From a bacterium (GTDB lineage Bacteria; Hinthialibacterota; Hinthialibacteria; Hinthialibacterales; Hinthialibacteraceae): a stretch of 64,000 nt of DNA. Shown in pieces: positions 39,911 through 50,659 of the stretch (positions within the stretch are counted from its first letter, which is position 1; each line of letters begins with the position of its first letter). The notes below the pieces were generated by a model, which was not told where the DNA came from, made no database searches, and saw nothing but the letters and a program-made list of their open reading frames with translations. The translations under genes and the position numbers were made by a program. The stretch spans positions 1,120,001-1,184,000 of the forward strand of contig CAXXMV010000006.1 in NCBI GenBank assembly GCA_963662285.2. The letters are read 5' to 3'.

Positions 39911-41545
39911 ATGAAAATATCTGACCGAATGTTATTGAGTGGAAATGAAGCAATCGCGCTGGCTGCCTATAAATCTAAAGTGGCTTTAGGCGCTGGTTAT
40001 CCAGGGACGCCATCTACTGAAATATTAGAGAATTTTTCAGAATTCGGCGGGCAGGCGCAATGGTCGCCCAACGAGAAAGTGGCGCTTGAAGTGGCCATTG
40101 GAGCGGCGTTCGGTAAGACGCGGGCTATGGCGACTATGAAGCATGTGGGATTGAATGTCGCCGCTGATCCATTGTTCACCGCCGCCTATACCGGAGTACA
40201 GGGCGCTTTGGTTATTATCTGCGCCGATGATCCGGGAATGGCTTCGAGTCAGAACGAGCAGGATAACCGCAACTACGCCTCCGCCGCCGGACTGCCTATG
40301 CTGGAACCTTCTGATTCTCAGGAAGCCTATGATTTTACTGTGGCTGCTTTTGAACTATCCGAAAAGTGGAATATCCCGGTCATCCTGCGGGTGACGACGC
40401 GCATCTGTCATTCCAAAACGGTTGTTAATGTTAAGGATATTGAGGCGCCCTCTTATGAAGCGGATTTCGTGCGGGATATTAAAGGGCGGGTTATGATCCC
40501 GGCTTACGCCCGTATCGCTCATAAAAAACTACGTCAGAAACTTGATGATATCGCCGCGTGGAATGAAACAAGTGATTTGAACCAGGTGTTTGAAGGCGAT
40601 AAGTCTCTGGGAGTGATTGCATCGGGCATCTCTTTTCAGCATTCACGCGAGGCGGCGCCGGGGGCCAGTTTATTTAAGCTGAGCGTCAGTTATCCATTGC
40701 CATTAGAGAAATTACGTAAATTCGCCGCATCGGTGGATCGTTGCGTGGTTATAGAAGAGGGCGACCCCTATCTAGAAAAAGCTATACTGGCGGAAGGCGT
40801 CAAAGTTGAAGGCAAAGCGCAGATGTACCGCTTTGGAGAATTAAACGTTGACCGGGTTTGTCGAATAATCGCTGGCGACGAGTCTCCCGAAGCCGTTCCT
40901 GCGCCGGGTAAACCGCCTCAGTTATGTCAGGGATGCGCGCACCGCACCGTCTTTCAAATATTGAGCGATCTGGATTGCATTGTATCCGGCGATATCGGAT
41001 GTTATACGCTGGGCGTGCTGCCTCCATTTAGTGCGATGGATTCGTGCGTATGCATGGGCGCCAGCGTCAGCATCGGATTGGGATTGCGCCATGTGCTTCC
41101 CGATGAACAAGCCAAACGCGTGGTTAGCGTAATCGGGGATAGCACCTTCATGCATAGCGGCATCACTGGTCTGGTGGATATGGTTTACAACAAACCCAAA
41201 ACCGGACATGTAGTGATTATTCTGGATAACGGAACTACAGCCATGACCGGTTTACAGGAACATCCGGGAACAGGTCGTCTGCTGGATCATTCCGCCTCCG
41301 CCAAAATCGATTATGAGGCGCTGGGTAAATCAATTGGCATCCAGAATGTCCATACCATTGATCATGTGAAATTTGAGGATGAGTTCAAAAAACTGTTGAT
41401 GGAAGCATTAGAGAAAAATGAACCATCACTTCTAATAGCCCGGAAAGAATGCGTCCTTGCCGTGCGGAAAATTAGGCAATATGAAAAAGAGGCCGCTGAA
41501 AAATCGAAATGTGAGCGCCAGTGTCAATGTGAAGGGCAGGAGTAA
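39911..41545 (+). CDS. iorA: Indolepyruvate:ferredoxin oxidoreductase alpha subunit
   Basis: GNEAIA, YPGTPSTEI, NEKVALE, MKHVGLNVAAD, SSQNEQD, LCQGCAHR, GDIGCY, GDSTF.HSG, DNGTTAMTG.Q. Confidence 0.95.
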   Translation: MKISDRMLLSGNEAIALAAYKSKVALGAGYPGTPSTEILENFSEFGGQAQWSPNEKVALEVAIGAAFGKTRAMATMKHVGLNVAADPLFTAAYTGVQGALVIICADDPGMASSQNEQDNRNYASAAGLPMLEPSDSQEAYDFTVAAFELSEKWNIPVILRVTTRICHSKTVVNVKDIEAPSYEADFVRDIKGRVMIPAYARIAHKKLRQKLDDIAAWNETSDLNQVFEGDKSLGVIASGISFQHSREAAPGASLFKLSVSYPLPLEKLRKFAASVDRCVVIEEGDPYLEKAILAEGVKVEGKAQMYRFGELNVDRVCRIIAGDESPEAVPAPGKPPQLCQGCAHRTVFQILSDLDCIVSGDIGCYTLGVLPPFSAMDSCVCMGASVSIGLGLRHVLPDEQAKRVVSVIGDSTFMHSGITGLVDMVYNKPKTGHVVIILDNGTTAMTGLQEHPGTGRLLDHSASAKIDYEALGKSIGIQNVHTIDHVKFEDEFKKLLMEALEKNEPSLLIARKECVLAVRKIRQYEKEAAEKSKCERQCQCEGQE

Positions 41546-41551
41546 ATTAAG

Positions 41552-42031
41552 ATGACTAATAAAGTTACCAACGTCGTGGTGGCCGGATTAGGTGGTCAGG
41601 GCGTACTTAAAGCGTCTGATATTTTGGCGGAAGCGGTGTTTGGCGCTGGATTCGATATAAAAAAAGCTGAAGTGCATGGCATGAGCCAGCGCGGCGGCTC
41701 GGTGAACAGCGACGTCCGTTTTGGCGACCGGGTTGATAGCCCGATGGTTCCCGATGGCCAGGCTGATTATCTGGTGGTGTTATCCGAAGACCAGATTGAT
41801 AATAATCTTGATCGTTTGCGTGAAGGCGGCGTATTGATCGTACCGGATAATATTGACAAGAAAGCTTTGTCTAATCCAAAAAGTTTGAACGTGGCGCTGC
41901 TGGGCGTTTTGAGTTCTCATCTGGGTATTGATGAAAAATTCTGGATAGAATCGATTTTGGCGAATCTTCCAGAGAAAATTCATGAAGTGAATAAAGCGGC
42001 GTTTGCTTTAGGTAAAGAAAGCGTTTCATGA
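41552..42031 (+). CDS. iorB: Indolepyruvate:ferredoxin oxidoreductase beta subunit
   Basis: GLGGQGV, EVHGMSQRGGSV, N..AF..G. Confidence 0.93.
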   Translation: MTNKVTNVVVAGLGGQGVLKASDILAEAVFGAGFDIKKAEVHGMSQRGGSVNSDVRFGDRVDSPMVPDGQADYLVVLSEDQIDNNLDRLREGGVLIVPDNIDKKALSNPKSLNVALLGVLSSHLGIDEKFWIESILANLPEKIHEVNKAAFALGKESVS

Positions 42032-42137
42032 TTCTGAAATTGCTGGGAAAGTTGCCTGGATAAGTGCCCACCTATCTTTTTTCATGAGGAATGTGTGTTA
42101 TATTAGAATGGATGGCCGGGGCATGTTGCAAATTTCG

Positions 42138-42171
42138 CCCTCACCCTATCCCTCTCCCGTGGGGAGAGGGG
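42138..42171. repeat. REP-like family B copy
   Basis: CCCTCACCCTATCCCTCTCCCGTGGGGAGAGGGG. Confidence 0.8.
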
Positions 42172-42253
42172 ACATGCAGGAATACGTAAACATAAATGTC
42201 GGAATAACTATGCTGGGATTTAATAATATTCTGTCTAATGGTGGGAAAGATAC

Positions 42254-43591
42254 ATGAAAGAACAATGGAATGACCGACCTGGTGGATTTCATCCGGCCAG
42301 TACGCCTGATTATCTACCCAAGACGCAACTGGAAGACCTGCAACTTCGTCGGCTTATATCGGTAGTCGAACTTTCGTATGAGAACGTACCAATGTTTCGT
42401 CAGCGAATGGAAGAACGGAAACTCACTCCAGATGATATTAAATCATTGGATGATATCCGGCGTCTTCCATTTACTATGAAAGCAGACCTGCGCGACTCAT
42501 ATCCATTTGGTTTATTCGCCCGGCCAATGGATGAGGTGGTTCGTCTTCATGCTTCGAGCGGAACTACCGGCAAGCCTACCGTTGTGGCATATACCCAAGA
42601 GGATATTGATGTCTGGTCGAGCGTCATGGTGCGAACCTTTGCGGCTTGCGGGCTGCATCGCGGCGATATCATTCAAAACGCCTATGGTTATGGGTTGTTT
42701 ACCGGAGGCTTGGGCGCTCATTATGGCGCTGAGGGACTTGGGGCGACGGTTATTCCCATATCGGGCGGCAACACTGACCGGCAGATAATGATCATGAAGG
42801 ATTTCGGAGTTTCCGCATTATGCTGCACTCCCAGTTATTTTCTTCATATCGTAGATCGCGCGGAAGAGATGGGGATTGATATCCGCGAGTTGCCCATCCG
42901 CGCAGGCATATTCGGCGCTGAGCCATGGTCTGAATCGATGCGCACCAGGTTGGAGAGCGGCGGCGGGATCAAAGCTTACGATATTTATGGACTATCGGAG
43001 ATTATCGGTCCTGGAGTAGCCAGCGAATGCGAGGCGCAGTCCGGGCTGCATATATTTGAAGATCATTTCTACCCCGAAATCATTGATCCAGAAACTGGCG
43101 ACCCGGTTCCTGATGGAGAAGAAGGCGAATTGGTCTTCACTACTCTGAGCAAGAGGGCGATGCCCGTCATCCGTTATAGGACCAGGGACATTACTTCAAT
43201 CATCACCGAACCCTGCGCTTGCGGACGTATTGTCCGGCGGATTAAACGCATCGGCCGCCGCAGCGATGATATGTTTATTATTCGTGGAGTTAACGTCTTC
43301 CCGTCACAGGTTGAAGTAGCCCTTTTGTCGATTGAAGACACGCTGCCTCATTATCAGATTATCCTGGAGCGGGTAAAAGACCTGGATATCATGACGGTTG
43401 AAGTTGAAGTGACCGCCAAATATTTCAGCGACAAAGTGCGGGCTATCGAAGAACTGCATCAGAAATTATCCCATGCCATAGAACAGACATTGGGAGTGAA
43501 GGTAAACCTGCGTTTGGTGGAACCGCATACCATTCAGAGAAGTGAAGGGAAAGCGAAGCGCGTCATAGATAATCGTGATCTCAATGCGTAA
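42254..43591 (+). CDS. paaK: Phenylacetate-CoA ligase
   Basis: [64 protein letters not shown]. Confidence 0.95.
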   Translation: MKEQWNDRPGGFHPASTPDYLPKTQLEDLQLRRLISVVELSYENVPMFRQRMEERKLTPDDIKSLDDIRRLPFTMKADLRDSYPFGLFARPMDEVVRLHASSGTTGKPTVVAYTQEDIDVWSSVMVRTFAACGLHRGDIIQNAYGYGLFTGGLGAHYGAEGLGATVIPISGGNTDRQIMIMKDFGVSALCCTPSYFLHIVDRAEEMGIDIRELPIRAGIFGAEPWSESMRTRLESGGGIKAYDIYGLSEIIGPGVASECEAQSGLHIFEDHFYPEIIDPETGDPVPDGEEGELVFTTLSKRAMPVIRYRTRDITSIITEPCACGRIVRRIKRIGRRSDDMFIIRGVNVFPSQVEVALLSIEDTLPHYQIILERVKDLDIMTVEVEVTAKYFSDKVRAIEELHQKLSHAIEQTLGVKVNLRLVEPHTIQRSEGKAKRVIDNRDLNA

Positions 43592-43647
43592 AATTTTATA
43601 TAGAAGATAGTATGTAGTTAACTTCTATAAACCGGGGATTAAATATT

Positions 43648-44091
43648 ATGAAAATTCATCAATTATCTCTGTTTATCGAGAATAAAGCCGGTCAATTGAC
43701 TGAACCGTGCGCTTTGCTGGCAGATGCAGGCATCAATATCTTAACCTTGATGCTGGCGGATACTCAACAGTTCGGCATCCTGCGCCTGATTGTGCGTGAT
43801 TGGGATAAAACCAAGACGCTATTGGAAGATAATGGTCATGTGGTTAATGTAACCGAGGTGGTTGCCATTGAAGTGCCTGACCGTCCTGGCGGCATTAAGG
43901 AAATCATCGAGATCATTGATACGGAAAGCCTGAATATTGAATATATGTATGCTTTTACTTCGGGCCGAAAAGATAAATCCGTTATTATCTTCCGTTTTGA
44001 GGATGTGGATAACGCTATTGAGGTTTTAAAGGACAAAGGCGTTAATGTTATTGGAAGCATCGATTTGTTTGACCAGGTCGAAAATAGTTGA
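43648..44091 (+). CDS. ACT domain protein (paaK-associated family)
   Basis: QLSLFIENKAG, ADT..FGILRLIV, PDRPGG, NIEYMYAF. Confidence 0.92.
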   Translation: MKIHQLSLFIENKAGQLTEPCALLADAGINILTLMLADTQQFGILRLIVRDWDKTKTLLEDNGHVVNVTEVVAIEVPDRPGGIKEIIEIIDTESLNIEYMYAFTSGRKDKSVIIFRFEDVDNAIEVLKDKGVNVIGSIDLFDQVENS

Positions 44092-44131
44092 TATTAATAA
44101 TCTGCTGATTTATTGGAGTTGTTTTTGAATC

Positions 44132-45478
44132 ATGAGCATTACGAAAACGGAACATCATACATCCTTTGTTATAGACAATAAAATATGGGACCCGGCGGAG
44201 ACGCTGTCGAGGTCTCAATTACGTGAATTGCAAGCAGTCCGTTTAAGGGAAATCGTCGCCCGCGTGGCGGATGTGCCTTTTTATAGTGATGCTTTCAAAG
44301 AGAGAAATATCTCACCGGACTCCATTCAAAGCGTGGATGATCTTCATAAACTGCCTTTTACGAATAAATCTGACCTAAGGGATCATTATCCCCTGGGATT
44401 CCTGGCCGTGCCGCGGGAAAAGCTGGTTCGTCTGCATGGTTCTTCTGGTACTACCGGCAAGCCGACCTTCGTGGGGTATACACCCAAAGATATGAAGATG
44501 TGGTCTGATATCTGCGCCCGGTTTCTCACCGCTGGGGGATTACGGCCTGAGCATACCGTCCAAATCGCTTTTGGTTATGGATTGTTTACCGGCGGCTTCG
44601 GTTTGCATTACGGCGTTGAAAAAGTCGGCGCCCTGGTGATTCCTGTGGGCGGCGGTAACACAGAGCGTCAGTTATCCCTGATGATGGACCTTAATACCGA
44701 AGTCCTGGTTTGCACCCCCAGTTATGCGCTTTATCTGGCCGAGTACGCCAGAGAAAAAGGCATCGGGCCGGATGAACTGCCCTTGCAATACGCTCATTTA
44801 GGCGGCGAACCCTGGACCGAAGATATGCGTATTGAAATCGAACGTCAAATGGGTTTGTATGCCTTCAATAATTATGGATTGAGCGAAGTTATCGGTCCCG
44901 GCGTCAGCGGTGAATGCGCCGCCCGATGCGGAATGCATATTCAGGAAGATCATTTCCTGGTTGAGTGTTTGAACCCCGATACTTTAGAACCTGTGGCTGA
45001 AGGTGAAAAGGGTGAGTTGGTTTTCACTACGCTTACTAAAAAGGCCATGCCTTTGATTCGATACCGCACCAGGGATATTGCATCACTGGATTCAAGTCCC
45101 TGCGTATGCGGTCGTACCACCGTCAGAATGAGCCGGGTGGTTGGACGTACGGATGATATGATGATTATCCGTGGAGTTAACGTCTTTCCTTCTCAGATCG
45201 AGGAAGCTCTGCTGCGGGTGGAAGGAACTGCGCCGCACTATCAAATTATAATTTCCCGTCCCCAGGCATTAGATGAAGTGACGGTTCGTGTGGAAATGCG
45301 TCCTGAAGATTTCTCGGATATGATGACGAAAATGCAGGATTTGAAGATGCGCATCATCAAGGAAATTCAACATGTGGCTAACATCAGGGCTAATGTTGAG
45401 TTGGTTGATCCCCACACGCTGGAGCGCTTCCAGGGCAAAGCCCAGCGCGTAGTTGACAACCGGCAAGATCAGGCTTGA
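44132..45478 (+). CDS. paaK: Phenylacetate-CoA ligase, second paralog
   Basis: Same motifs as 42254-43591 ([30 protein letters not shown]). Confidence 0.93.
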   Translation: MSITKTEHHTSFVIDNKIWDPAETLSRSQLRELQAVRLREIVARVADVPFYSDAFKERNISPDSIQSVDDLHKLPFTNKSDLRDHYPLGFLAVPREKLVRLHGSSGTTGKPTFVGYTPKDMKMWSDICARFLTAGGLRPEHTVQIAFGYGLFTGGFGLHYGVEKVGALVIPVGGGNTERQLSLMMDLNTEVLVCTPSYALYLAEYAREKGIGPDELPLQYAHLGGEPWTEDMRIEIERQMGLYAFNNYGLSEVIGPGVSGECAARCGMHIQEDHFLVECLNPDTLEPVAEGEKGELVFTTLTKKAMPLIRYRTRDIASLDSSPCVCGRTTVRMSRVVGRTDDMMIIRGVNVFPSQIEEALLRVEGTAPHYQIIISRPQALDEVTVRVEMRPEDFSDMMTKMQDLKMRIIKEIQHVANIRANVELVDPHTLERFQGKAQRVVDNRQDQA

Positions 45479-45507
45479 TCGATTAGGTCTTTCATTGAAT
45501 AAATCTC

Positions 45508-45539
45508 AAAACGCCCGATTCTGTTGGGCGTTTTTTTTT
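45508..45539 (+). terminator. Intrinsic terminator
   Basis: CGCCCGA-ttctg-TTGGGCG followed by T9. Confidence 0.85.
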
Positions 45540-45550
45540 AAGTAAACTAT

Positions 45551-46747
45551 ATGTCAAATAAATGGATGTCCTGGACAATCTGGTTGATTGGCGCCGGGTG
45601 GATAATGTGGGATTTGCCTTACATTGTCCTGGTGCTGCCCAACGATTTTGATTACTACCTGAAAGCGGCGATCGATTTGGCGTCAGGTCAGAATATTTAT
45701 TATGATTGGATGGCCGAATCGGTGCGGGAAGGCATCGGGTCCTGGTATTTATATCCGCCTTATTTCGCCGCTGCGCTTTATCCCCTGACTTTTTTTGGAC
45801 AAATTATCGCGGAAGTGATCTTCGCTGTTTTGGTTATCTTATCAATACTGGGAGTTGATTATGGATTGATTCGTTTAAGGCGCAGAATTTTTCCTGATGC
45901 GCATCGCATTGATCTTTTAGTGCATAGTCTGGTCTTCTTCGCCATGCCTACCCGGTTGCTGGTCGGTTCTTTACAGGTTGAGGGCTTGTTGTTTTTATTG
46001 TTTTTGATTGCCTTGATATCGATGATCGAAAGATGGAGCGCATGGACAAGTGGAGCGGCGATTACTTTGGGCGTATTAATAAAAATATGGCCTACGCCGT
46101 ATATTGCATCCATGTACGGCGTGTTGCGATGGCGTATGATTTATCCGGTTATTATAGTAAGCGGTATAATCATTGCGCTGTTTACATTATTGTTTGGAGC
46201 GAAACCGCAATGGATTTTTATATTTGATATCTTCCCCGTTCTTATGTCTTACGCCGATGCATATAAAGATAACCAGTCATTGACGTTGTTCGCTCAACAG
46301 CACTTGTTTTTATCAGAAAATATAATGCGCCTGGTCAGGTGGTCGATACTGGCGAGTTATCTTTATATGACCTATCGTTCCAGAAAAGCTTTGCAGCATT
46401 ATGATTCAAGCGCTATTGTGATTAACGCATCTTTGTTTTTGTCCGCATCACTCTTGATCACTCCAACCGCCTGGACTGCCAGTCATATACGATTGCTGCT
46501 GCCTATCATGTTGTTATGTGGGTTGTGTTCAGAAAGAGGACGTCAATCTACATGGTTATCTTGGGTGACATTATCGGCTATTGTATTTTACATATATCCA
46601 CAAGAGCTATTGAAAAAATACCTGCCCATCTGGATCGACCGGTTCCCCATGCTTTATGCGGCGGGTATATTATATATTATTTTTCTGACCCTCTCTTTTT
46701 ATAGAACTAAGAATATTTGTGATAATCCTCCAAGTCCAAAGCAATGA
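45551..46747 (+). CDS. GT87/DUF2029-like polytopic membrane glycosyltransferase
   Basis: NDF..Y..A, YLYPP, Q....L, IKIWP, NQSL, P.AW..H, many TM helices. Confidence 0.75.
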   Translation: MSNKWMSWTIWLIGAGWIMWDLPYIVLVLPNDFDYYLKAAIDLASGQNIYYDWMAESVREGIGSWYLYPPYFAAALYPLTFFGQIIAEVIFAVLVILSILGVDYGLIRLRRRIFPDAHRIDLLVHSLVFFAMPTRLLVGSLQVEGLLFLLFLIALISMIERWSAWTSGAAITLGVLIKIWPTPYIASMYGVLRWRMIYPVIIVSGIIIALFTLLFGAKPQWIFIFDIFPVLMSYADAYKDNQSLTLFAQQHLFLSENIMRLVRWSILASYLYMTYRSRKALQHYDSSAIVINASLFLSASLLITPTAWTASHIRLLLPIMLLCGLCSERGRQSTWLSWVTLSAIVFYIYPQELLKKYLPIWIDRFPMLYAAGILYIIFLTLSFYRTKNICDNPPSPKQ

Positions 46748-46801
46748 ACCTGGAGGATGAAAAGGTTTACGTTACTTTTAACGATAAGTTTGTTGTGTGA
46801 G

Positions 46802-46996
46802 TTATCCTAGCCACTTAACATCTGAGTCGTTTGATTTTGCTTTTTCAATGCGTACTTCAATTCCGCGATTTTCCAGAAATTTCGCAAAGCGTTGTAAGCG
46901 TTCTGTGGTTGCTGGCTGTTCACTGTCGCCAAGAGAAGTTTTTCCGATATCTGTCCGGTTAAAATTGGGTCGTGAGGCATATCGATTAGCATACAT
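46802..46996 (-). CDS. Small hypothetical protein (64 aa)
   Basis: GGAG RBS 9 nt upstream of the ATG, in an otherwise empty gap. Confidence 0.45.
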   Translation of the reverse strand: MYANRYASRPNFNRTDIGKTSLGDSEQPATTERLQRFAKFLENRGIEVRIEKAKSNDSDVKWLG

Positions 46997-47382
46997 GATT
47001 TATACTCCATATTTCCTTATTTGCTTTTTTCTCATATCACTTATAACGAAGAGATCGTATTGATTATTGAGTCAACTAAAGATGATTTTTGTTTAATGCT
47101 GTTTATGAATACAAAGAAACCATTTAAGTATTGACTTTAACTAAACGAATTATATTCAAATTAATTTGATGTAGAAATTTTGAAAACGCATTGTGGAATT
47201 TGAGATTGAAAAATTGCTCGATAGCGTTTTGTTTATCTCTCTACATCTTATTACGATCTTTCTGTCAAAAAGTTTCATTTATTTTTTAATTTTTTAAAAA
47301 AACTCATACCATTATTTATTTCGAATAGACAGATAGAATTATTATGGGTCAATAAAGTTATCAAGAAACATGGAGCAAACTG

Positions 47383-48378
47383 ATGAAAAACATGAATGAT
47401 AAGAGAACCCAATCCCTTGATAGAAGGAAGTTTCTGGAAATCTCGGCAGCTGTTACTGCCAGTGGAGAAAGCCTCTCTTGCATTGCTCAGGCGAGTGATA
47501 ATAGCAAGGGCGAATTGATCCACAAGAACGAACGTCCAACAATGACTTATCGATGTTTGGGTCGAACCAATTTCATGAGCAGCCGTCTGGTATTCGGCTG
47601 CGGCGCAGCTTTACGCGGAGGACATGCCTTCAATTTATTAGAACGGGCCTTTGAAGCGGGAATTAACCATTTCGACACCGGGAGACCCTATGGAGATAGC
47701 GAGCGGCAACTGGCGCCTTTTCTGAAATCACATCGTGATGAGATTTGGATTACTTCTAAGGCGGCGCACATGGGATGGCCTAGTATGAAGGTTACTCCCG
47801 ATCAGGGAAAAGAAGCAGCCAAACTTTATACGGATCAGCTGGAAGAGAGCCTCAGGGAATTGAAGACTGATTACATCGATTGCTATATGTTAATGATGAT
47901 TGATGATCCAGGCTTTGTTAAGAACGAAGAATTACACAACGCTTTCTTGAATGCAAAAAAGGCGGGTAAGGTGGGATGCTTTGGCGTTAGTACTCACAAA
48001 AATGCTCAAAAGGTTTTAGAGGCAGCTATTGAGACGGGGTGGTATAGCCTCGTTATGCCGGCCATCACTCCTGCTGGATGGTACGATTATGAAACCAAAG
48101 AACTATCGGTGAAAACTGTTCCTCTATTGAATCTTCAACCACTGCTTAAAAAAGCCAGCGAAGCCGGGATCGGATTGATCGCCATGAAGGCGGCGCGTAT
48201 GCTCGAAAAGCAACCGGAAATCTTTGATCAATATTATCCGGAAGAATTGAAAATGAAATCGCTGACGCCGTTTCAACGATCTTATACCTATATTTTGGAA
48301 AACGGTTTTGACGCCGCCAATTCTCATATGCCCAATAATTCCATATTACAGGATAACCTGCAAGTGGTTCGGGCTTAA
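47383..48378 (+). CDS. Aldo/keto reductase with a twin-arginine leader
   Basis: DRRKFL, YRCLGRT, GINHFDT...YG.SE, SL..LKTDYID, GVSTH, AMK. Confidence 0.88.
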   Translation: MKNMNDKRTQSLDRRKFLEISAAVTASGESLSCIAQASDNSKGELIHKNERPTMTYRCLGRTNFMSSRLVFGCGAALRGGHAFNLLERAFEAGINHFDTGRPYGDSERQLAPFLKSHRDEIWITSKAAHMGWPSMKVTPDQGKEAAKLYTDQLEESLRELKTDYIDCYMLMMIDDPGFVKNEELHNAFLNAKKAGKVGCFGVSTHKNAQKVLEAAIETGWYSLVMPAITPAGWYDYETKELSVKTVPLLNLQPLLKKASEAGIGLIAMKAARMLEKQPEIFDQYYPEELKMKSLTPFQRSYTYILENGFDAANSHMPNNSILQDNLQVVRA

Positions 48379-48516
48379 ATAAAATCGTAGTTATTAATAT
48401 TGCGTTTAGCAGAAAATAAAATCATAAAATATATCTAATAAGCCTAGTAATTGATAAGTTTATGTGAGTAGAATAATTGAGTCTTATGTATTATAAAAAA
48501 AAAGGAGAAAAGGGAA

Positions 48517-49533
48517 ATGAGAAAAGTTTTGTTTTTGCTACTGCTGTGCGCAGCTCCGTTGATGACTCAGGCGCAACTATTTGAACCTGGTAATGTTATC
48601 TTTGCTGATCCATTTTATTCACCAGATGGTCAAATTGTTGAGTTGAAGATCACTGGTAATGAAGCTGAAGTAATCAATGTCGTCCGGTGGGATTTGGGCG
48701 ACACAGATCGCCGTCGCGCTTTGGGATTGGATGTTGATCCCAGCGGCAATGTCTGGGTAGGTCTGACTGCCGCTTATGGTGATGACAGCGAATTCCCTGA
48801 AGGAATCGGCGAAATTCTACGCATCGACAGTCAAGGCAACCAGCAAATATTTCAGACCGATATAACAAAAGTAACTTTCCTTACTGCTGTCGGTACTGAC
48901 GAAGTTATTATTCAGAGTAATGTTGCGACTGATAATTTTGCTCTGGGTTATAAGGTCGAAAATGGTGAAGTAGTAGATTCTCCCTATTATGAAAAAACAG
49001 GTTATGGTGAAGCTCTGCTGCTGCCTGACGGTCGCTTGCTGATGGGTGATCATGTTACTGGTGGAATTCTATTATTTGATAAAGCTGGTGGAGCATCTAC
49101 TGGCATGTTCTCTGAAGTTTTGGGTGCTGATGGTAATGCAAGAACGGTCCGTTCGCTGACCTATAATAATGAGATAGGCGCGGTTATCGCTTCTCTGCAA
49201 GATCAACACACCTTCCTGCGTATAAACTTGAATGGTGAGATCGAAGAAGAATATAATGGAACCGCTGATGGATTTACCGGAGTGTGGGGCGTCGCGCAGA
49301 TACCTGGAACAACCCAGTTCATAACTGGAAACCATAATGTTGCAGATTTAGCTAATACTTTGGCTATTTTTGATGCCAATGATCTGGCTGCCGGTCCACG
49401 CTTGATTGAAATTACATCTGGTTTTGAGCAAGCTGGTTTGGAAGCTGGAACCTCGTTCCAATCATTCTTTAACATCGCTGTAGTACCAGGCGCTGAATTC
49501 CCGGTTGGCCTTGCTGAATGGCAATTGTTCTAA
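48517..49533 (+). CDS. Secreted beta-propeller-like protein with a C-terminal W motif
   Basis: Signal peptide (…TQA), blades GLDVDPSGNVWV and LLPDGRLL; ends VGLAEWQLF. Confidence 0.75.
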   Translation: MRKVLFLLLLCAAPLMTQAQLFEPGNVIFADPFYSPDGQIVELKITGNEAEVINVVRWDLGDTDRRRALGLDVDPSGNVWVGLTAAYGDDSEFPEGIGEILRIDSQGNQQIFQTDITKVTFLTAVGTDEVIIQSNVATDNFALGYKVENGEVVDSPYYEKTGYGEALLLPDGRLLMGDHVTGGILLFDKAGGASTGMFSEVLGADGNARTVRSLTYNNEIGAVIASLQDQHTFLRINLNGEIEEEYNGTADGFTGVWGVAQIPGTTQFITGNHNVADLANTLAIFDANDLAAGPRLIEITSGFEQAGLEAGTSFQSFFNIAVVPGAEFPVGLAEWQLF

Positions 49534-49555
49534 GAAACAATAGTTTATAGAAAAT

Positions 49556-49588
49556 GATGGGACGCGCTGACGCTTTGTTCCATACTAC
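49556..49588. repeat. GTAG-type REP-like palindrome
   Basis: Minus strand GTAGTATGGAACAAAGCGTCAGCGCGTCCCATC. Confidence 0.4.
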
Positions 49589-49597
49589 AATAGCTAC

Positions 49598-49631
49598 AAA
49601 AGCGGGCTGGAGATTATCTTCAGCCCGCTTT
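49598..49631. terminator. Bidirectional intrinsic terminator
   Basis: AAAGCGGGCTGGAG-attat-CTTCAGCCCGCTTT between convergent genes. Confidence 0.8.
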
Positions 49632-49645
49632 CATATATGCTATGC

Positions 49646-50659
49646 TTAATTTTTTGATGTATCGCTGATGATGCGGTAGGCTTCTGGATTCCGGTCGCTG
49701 AGGACGCTGTCGCGGAACATTTCGCCCTGTTGGCCGGATGAGAAGCCGGGGGCGATGCGTCGGCGGTTCAGGTCTATATCGGTAATGATCATCCCCGCTT
49801 CGTAGCCCGCATTGGATAGTATCTGACCATAGGGATCGACGATGCCGCTGCGCCCGATGGGGTCTCTGGGTCTCCAACCATTACCGTCTTGTACTCCCCG
49901 GCTGACGACGGCTAGATACTGGTCATTGTCGATAGCCCGGCTGCGGATCACTATCCAATCCAACTCCTGTCCCCAACCCGACCACCAGGTAGGCCAGAAA
50001 ACCAGTTCGGCGCCTTTTAACATAAAGACGCGGCTGGATTCAGGAAAACTAAGGTCATGGCAGATTTGTATGCCGATTGTTCCGAAATCGAGTTTGAATA
50101 CGGGGAAATAATCGCCGCGTACTACTCCTTTTTTGAGTTCCGTCTGGGTGGGATGAACTTTGTCGTAGTATCCAGTGATGGAACCGTCGCGCCCAACAAC
50201 AATGGCGGTGTTGCGCCTGGTTCCGTCTCTCTCGGCGACCACGGGGAAGATGATGTGCATCTTATGTTTTCTGGCGTTATCTCTGATGGAGTTCAAGGCC
50301 GTGAAATCCGGTATCTTCAGCCCTTCCATATTAATGGCGCCCTCACCCAGACAGGCGATATCGGCGTGGGCTTTTCCTGCTTGATCCAAATGTTGTAATA
50401 TCCATTTCATCTGCCAGGCGCGGATTGCTTCAGGAGTTTCGCCTTCCTCCCAACACGGTTGTTGAAGGATGGCGACCTTAACTATACGTTTTTTAGATTG
50501 CTCAGCTGATTCGGCTGTATTAAGAGAAATTACCAATAATGAACAAGTAAATAGAACTAAGGTAATAGGTATGAGTAAGCGATGAGTTTTGGAATGTAAA
50601 CATGTTTTAATTAGTCGTCTAAACAATCGGGTAAGAACTTTATGATATTGGTTTTTCAT
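49646..50659 (-). CDS. Carbon-nitrogen hydrolase (nitrilase superfamily) with an N-terminal TM/signal segment
   Basis: Catalytic triad context: CLGE, YDKVH, ICHD..FPE; also RAIDN. Confidence 0.9.
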   Translation of the reverse strand: MKNQYHKVLTRLFRRLIKTCLHSKTHRLLIPITLVLFTCSLLVISLNTAESAEQSKKRIVKVAILQQPCWEEGETPEAIRAWQMKWILQHLDQAGKAHADIACLGEGAINMEGLKIPDFTALNSIRDNARKHKMHIIFPVVAERDGTRRNTAIVVGRDGSITGYYDKVHPTQTELKKGVVRGDYFPVFKLDFGTIGIQICHDLSFPESSRVFMLKGAELVFWPTWWSGWGQELDWIVIRSRAIDNDQYLAVVSRGVQDGNGWRPRDPIGRSGIVDPYGQILSNAGYEAGMIITDIDLNRRRIAPGFSSGQQGEMFRDSVLSDRNPEAYRIISDTSKN

